Positions 62,661-64,000 of a stretch of DNA of 64,000 nucleotides are shown in pieces. The position numbers and the translations under genes were made by a program. Location: positions 1 to 64,000 of the forward strand of contig JAUCBJ010001232.1 of the NCBI GenBank assembly GCA_032718475.1. Reading direction: 5' to 3'. The stretch comes from Nemertoderma westbladi. Lineage: Eukaryota > Animalia > Xenacoelomorpha. The stretch's first letter is position 1. Each line of letters starts with the position of its first letter. The notes under the pieces were generated by a model. That model was given only the letters and a program-made list of their open reading frames with translations, was not told the origin of the DNA and made no database searches.

Positions 62661-64000
62661 ATGGTATGACCATCTGATGTAGCTATGTAAAGGCTTTTGC
62701 GGAATTGGCCGGTTATTTTCCCCGTAAAGTACTCTGTAGTTGGTTTAACAGGCATAAAAGGCCGTGTCCTTACTGTACTGGTGTTTTAGAGGACATAAAA
62801 GCCATTTCTTCTGTATGTGTACTTTAGCGGACATAATTAGTAATTCTATGACGCAATACGCCGAATCCTCTTGAAACAGTGTAGCTACCATGACGACGGC
62901 TAACAGCTGATATTGCCACGTAGAACATCTCTTTGTTCTTTGTTCTCTCTTTGTCCGGTCGACCAATCAGAGCGTTTTTTGACTCTGTGTTGAAGGTTGT
63001 ATATAGAAACTCGTGGAGTTGAGTCAGTATGTGATTTTGCCCAGAGCCTAAGAACACCGGCTTTGGAACCTCCGTGTTTCAGTCTTTAGCTCAACATTAG
63101 TAGGCTTAATTATAGAACGTATATCTGTTATCTCACTTAACATACATACCATACCAAATCATAACATTACTCACATAACTTAACTTAACATTATATTTGG
63201 AATACTGATAAATAATCAGACACCCCAATCTTCTTGATATACTAAAGGTTAGAGAGACCGGATACATATAACGATTGCGACTTACATTAAGTGGTTTGAA
63301 GTGAATCTAATGCTATTTCATAGGCCCTACATAAATTATCTGTTGTTCTCCTTATATGTGACTAAAATTAGTGAAGGTCGGCAGATTAGTGTGCAGCATT
63401 GTGCCATATTGTGTATAATTGTGATTGATAACAAAGCATCTCCTAAAGAATGCGCCATATACGTGAATCTATAGCCATTCCGTTGTGTCTAGTTTAAGTC
63501 ATAACTCTGTTTACATATTTAGAGCGCCACGTCCTAAAGGAACTGTTAATATTTCCCGAAAGTGAATAATATTTGTCAGAGATTATATATTACGATCAGT
63601 CGAATAATACAGTAGGCTTACACCGCAATCAAGTTAAGCTTCCGAATCCAGTCTCCCAGGTATATCCAGCGGGTGAATGGTTGCGCATAGACTGGCTTCA
63701 GCTAATGTAGTGTATCAAATACTTGTCATAGGCTAAAGACGATCTATCATCTAAAAGACATCCCAATTTGGCAGGTTAAACTGCTAAAGGTCTTAAAAGC
63801 GCAAACAATAACAGATATTGCTTCTAGATTGCGGCGTAGGCAATCAAGTCGAAAGTACCGGTCGACCGGTAACCTGTAGGCCTGACTGCCTGATCACCCG
63901 GACCGGTACCTACAGCAGTACAGGTACAGCAGTATTATTCGATTTTGATAATTGTATACCGGCAGGCTGTTTAAGAGATTAGGGACTGTACACCCCTTGT

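Noticed and set aside
62745-63057. FYVAISAV resembling helicase motif VI
   Set aside because: Single short motif lacking the conserved Arg, with no other helicase motifs in frame.

Overview
AT-rich, repeat-dense eukaryotic (animal, probably invertebrate bilaterian) genomic DNA, not prokaryotic. Host-type genes are few and appear single-exon: an alpha-carbonic anhydrase, a 3'-truncated MCCC2 copy and a mucin-like type I membrane protein frameshifted inside its repeat. There is also a signal-peptide, Cys-rich ORF resembling a viral class III envelope glycoprotein. The rest is mobile DNA: LINE/RTE, CRE-like, Penelope and BEL/Pao remnants, SINEs, Helentron-like elements and several MITEs with readable TIRs and TSDs. 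Two tandem arrays dominate. One is a very homogeneous 43-bp hairpin array (~36.6 copies) whose last unit supplies the in-frame ATG of an intact, endonuclease-less 608-aa reverse transcriptase ORF. The other is a 13.6-kb 59-bp satellite that seems to have expanded inside a tRNA-derived SINE and is interrupted by a TTAA MITE carrying a CTCF-like motif. An 890-bp TIR/TSD element carries a decayed ALDH3 fragment (Pack-type gene capture). All calls are from reading the sequence by eye; no searches were run.
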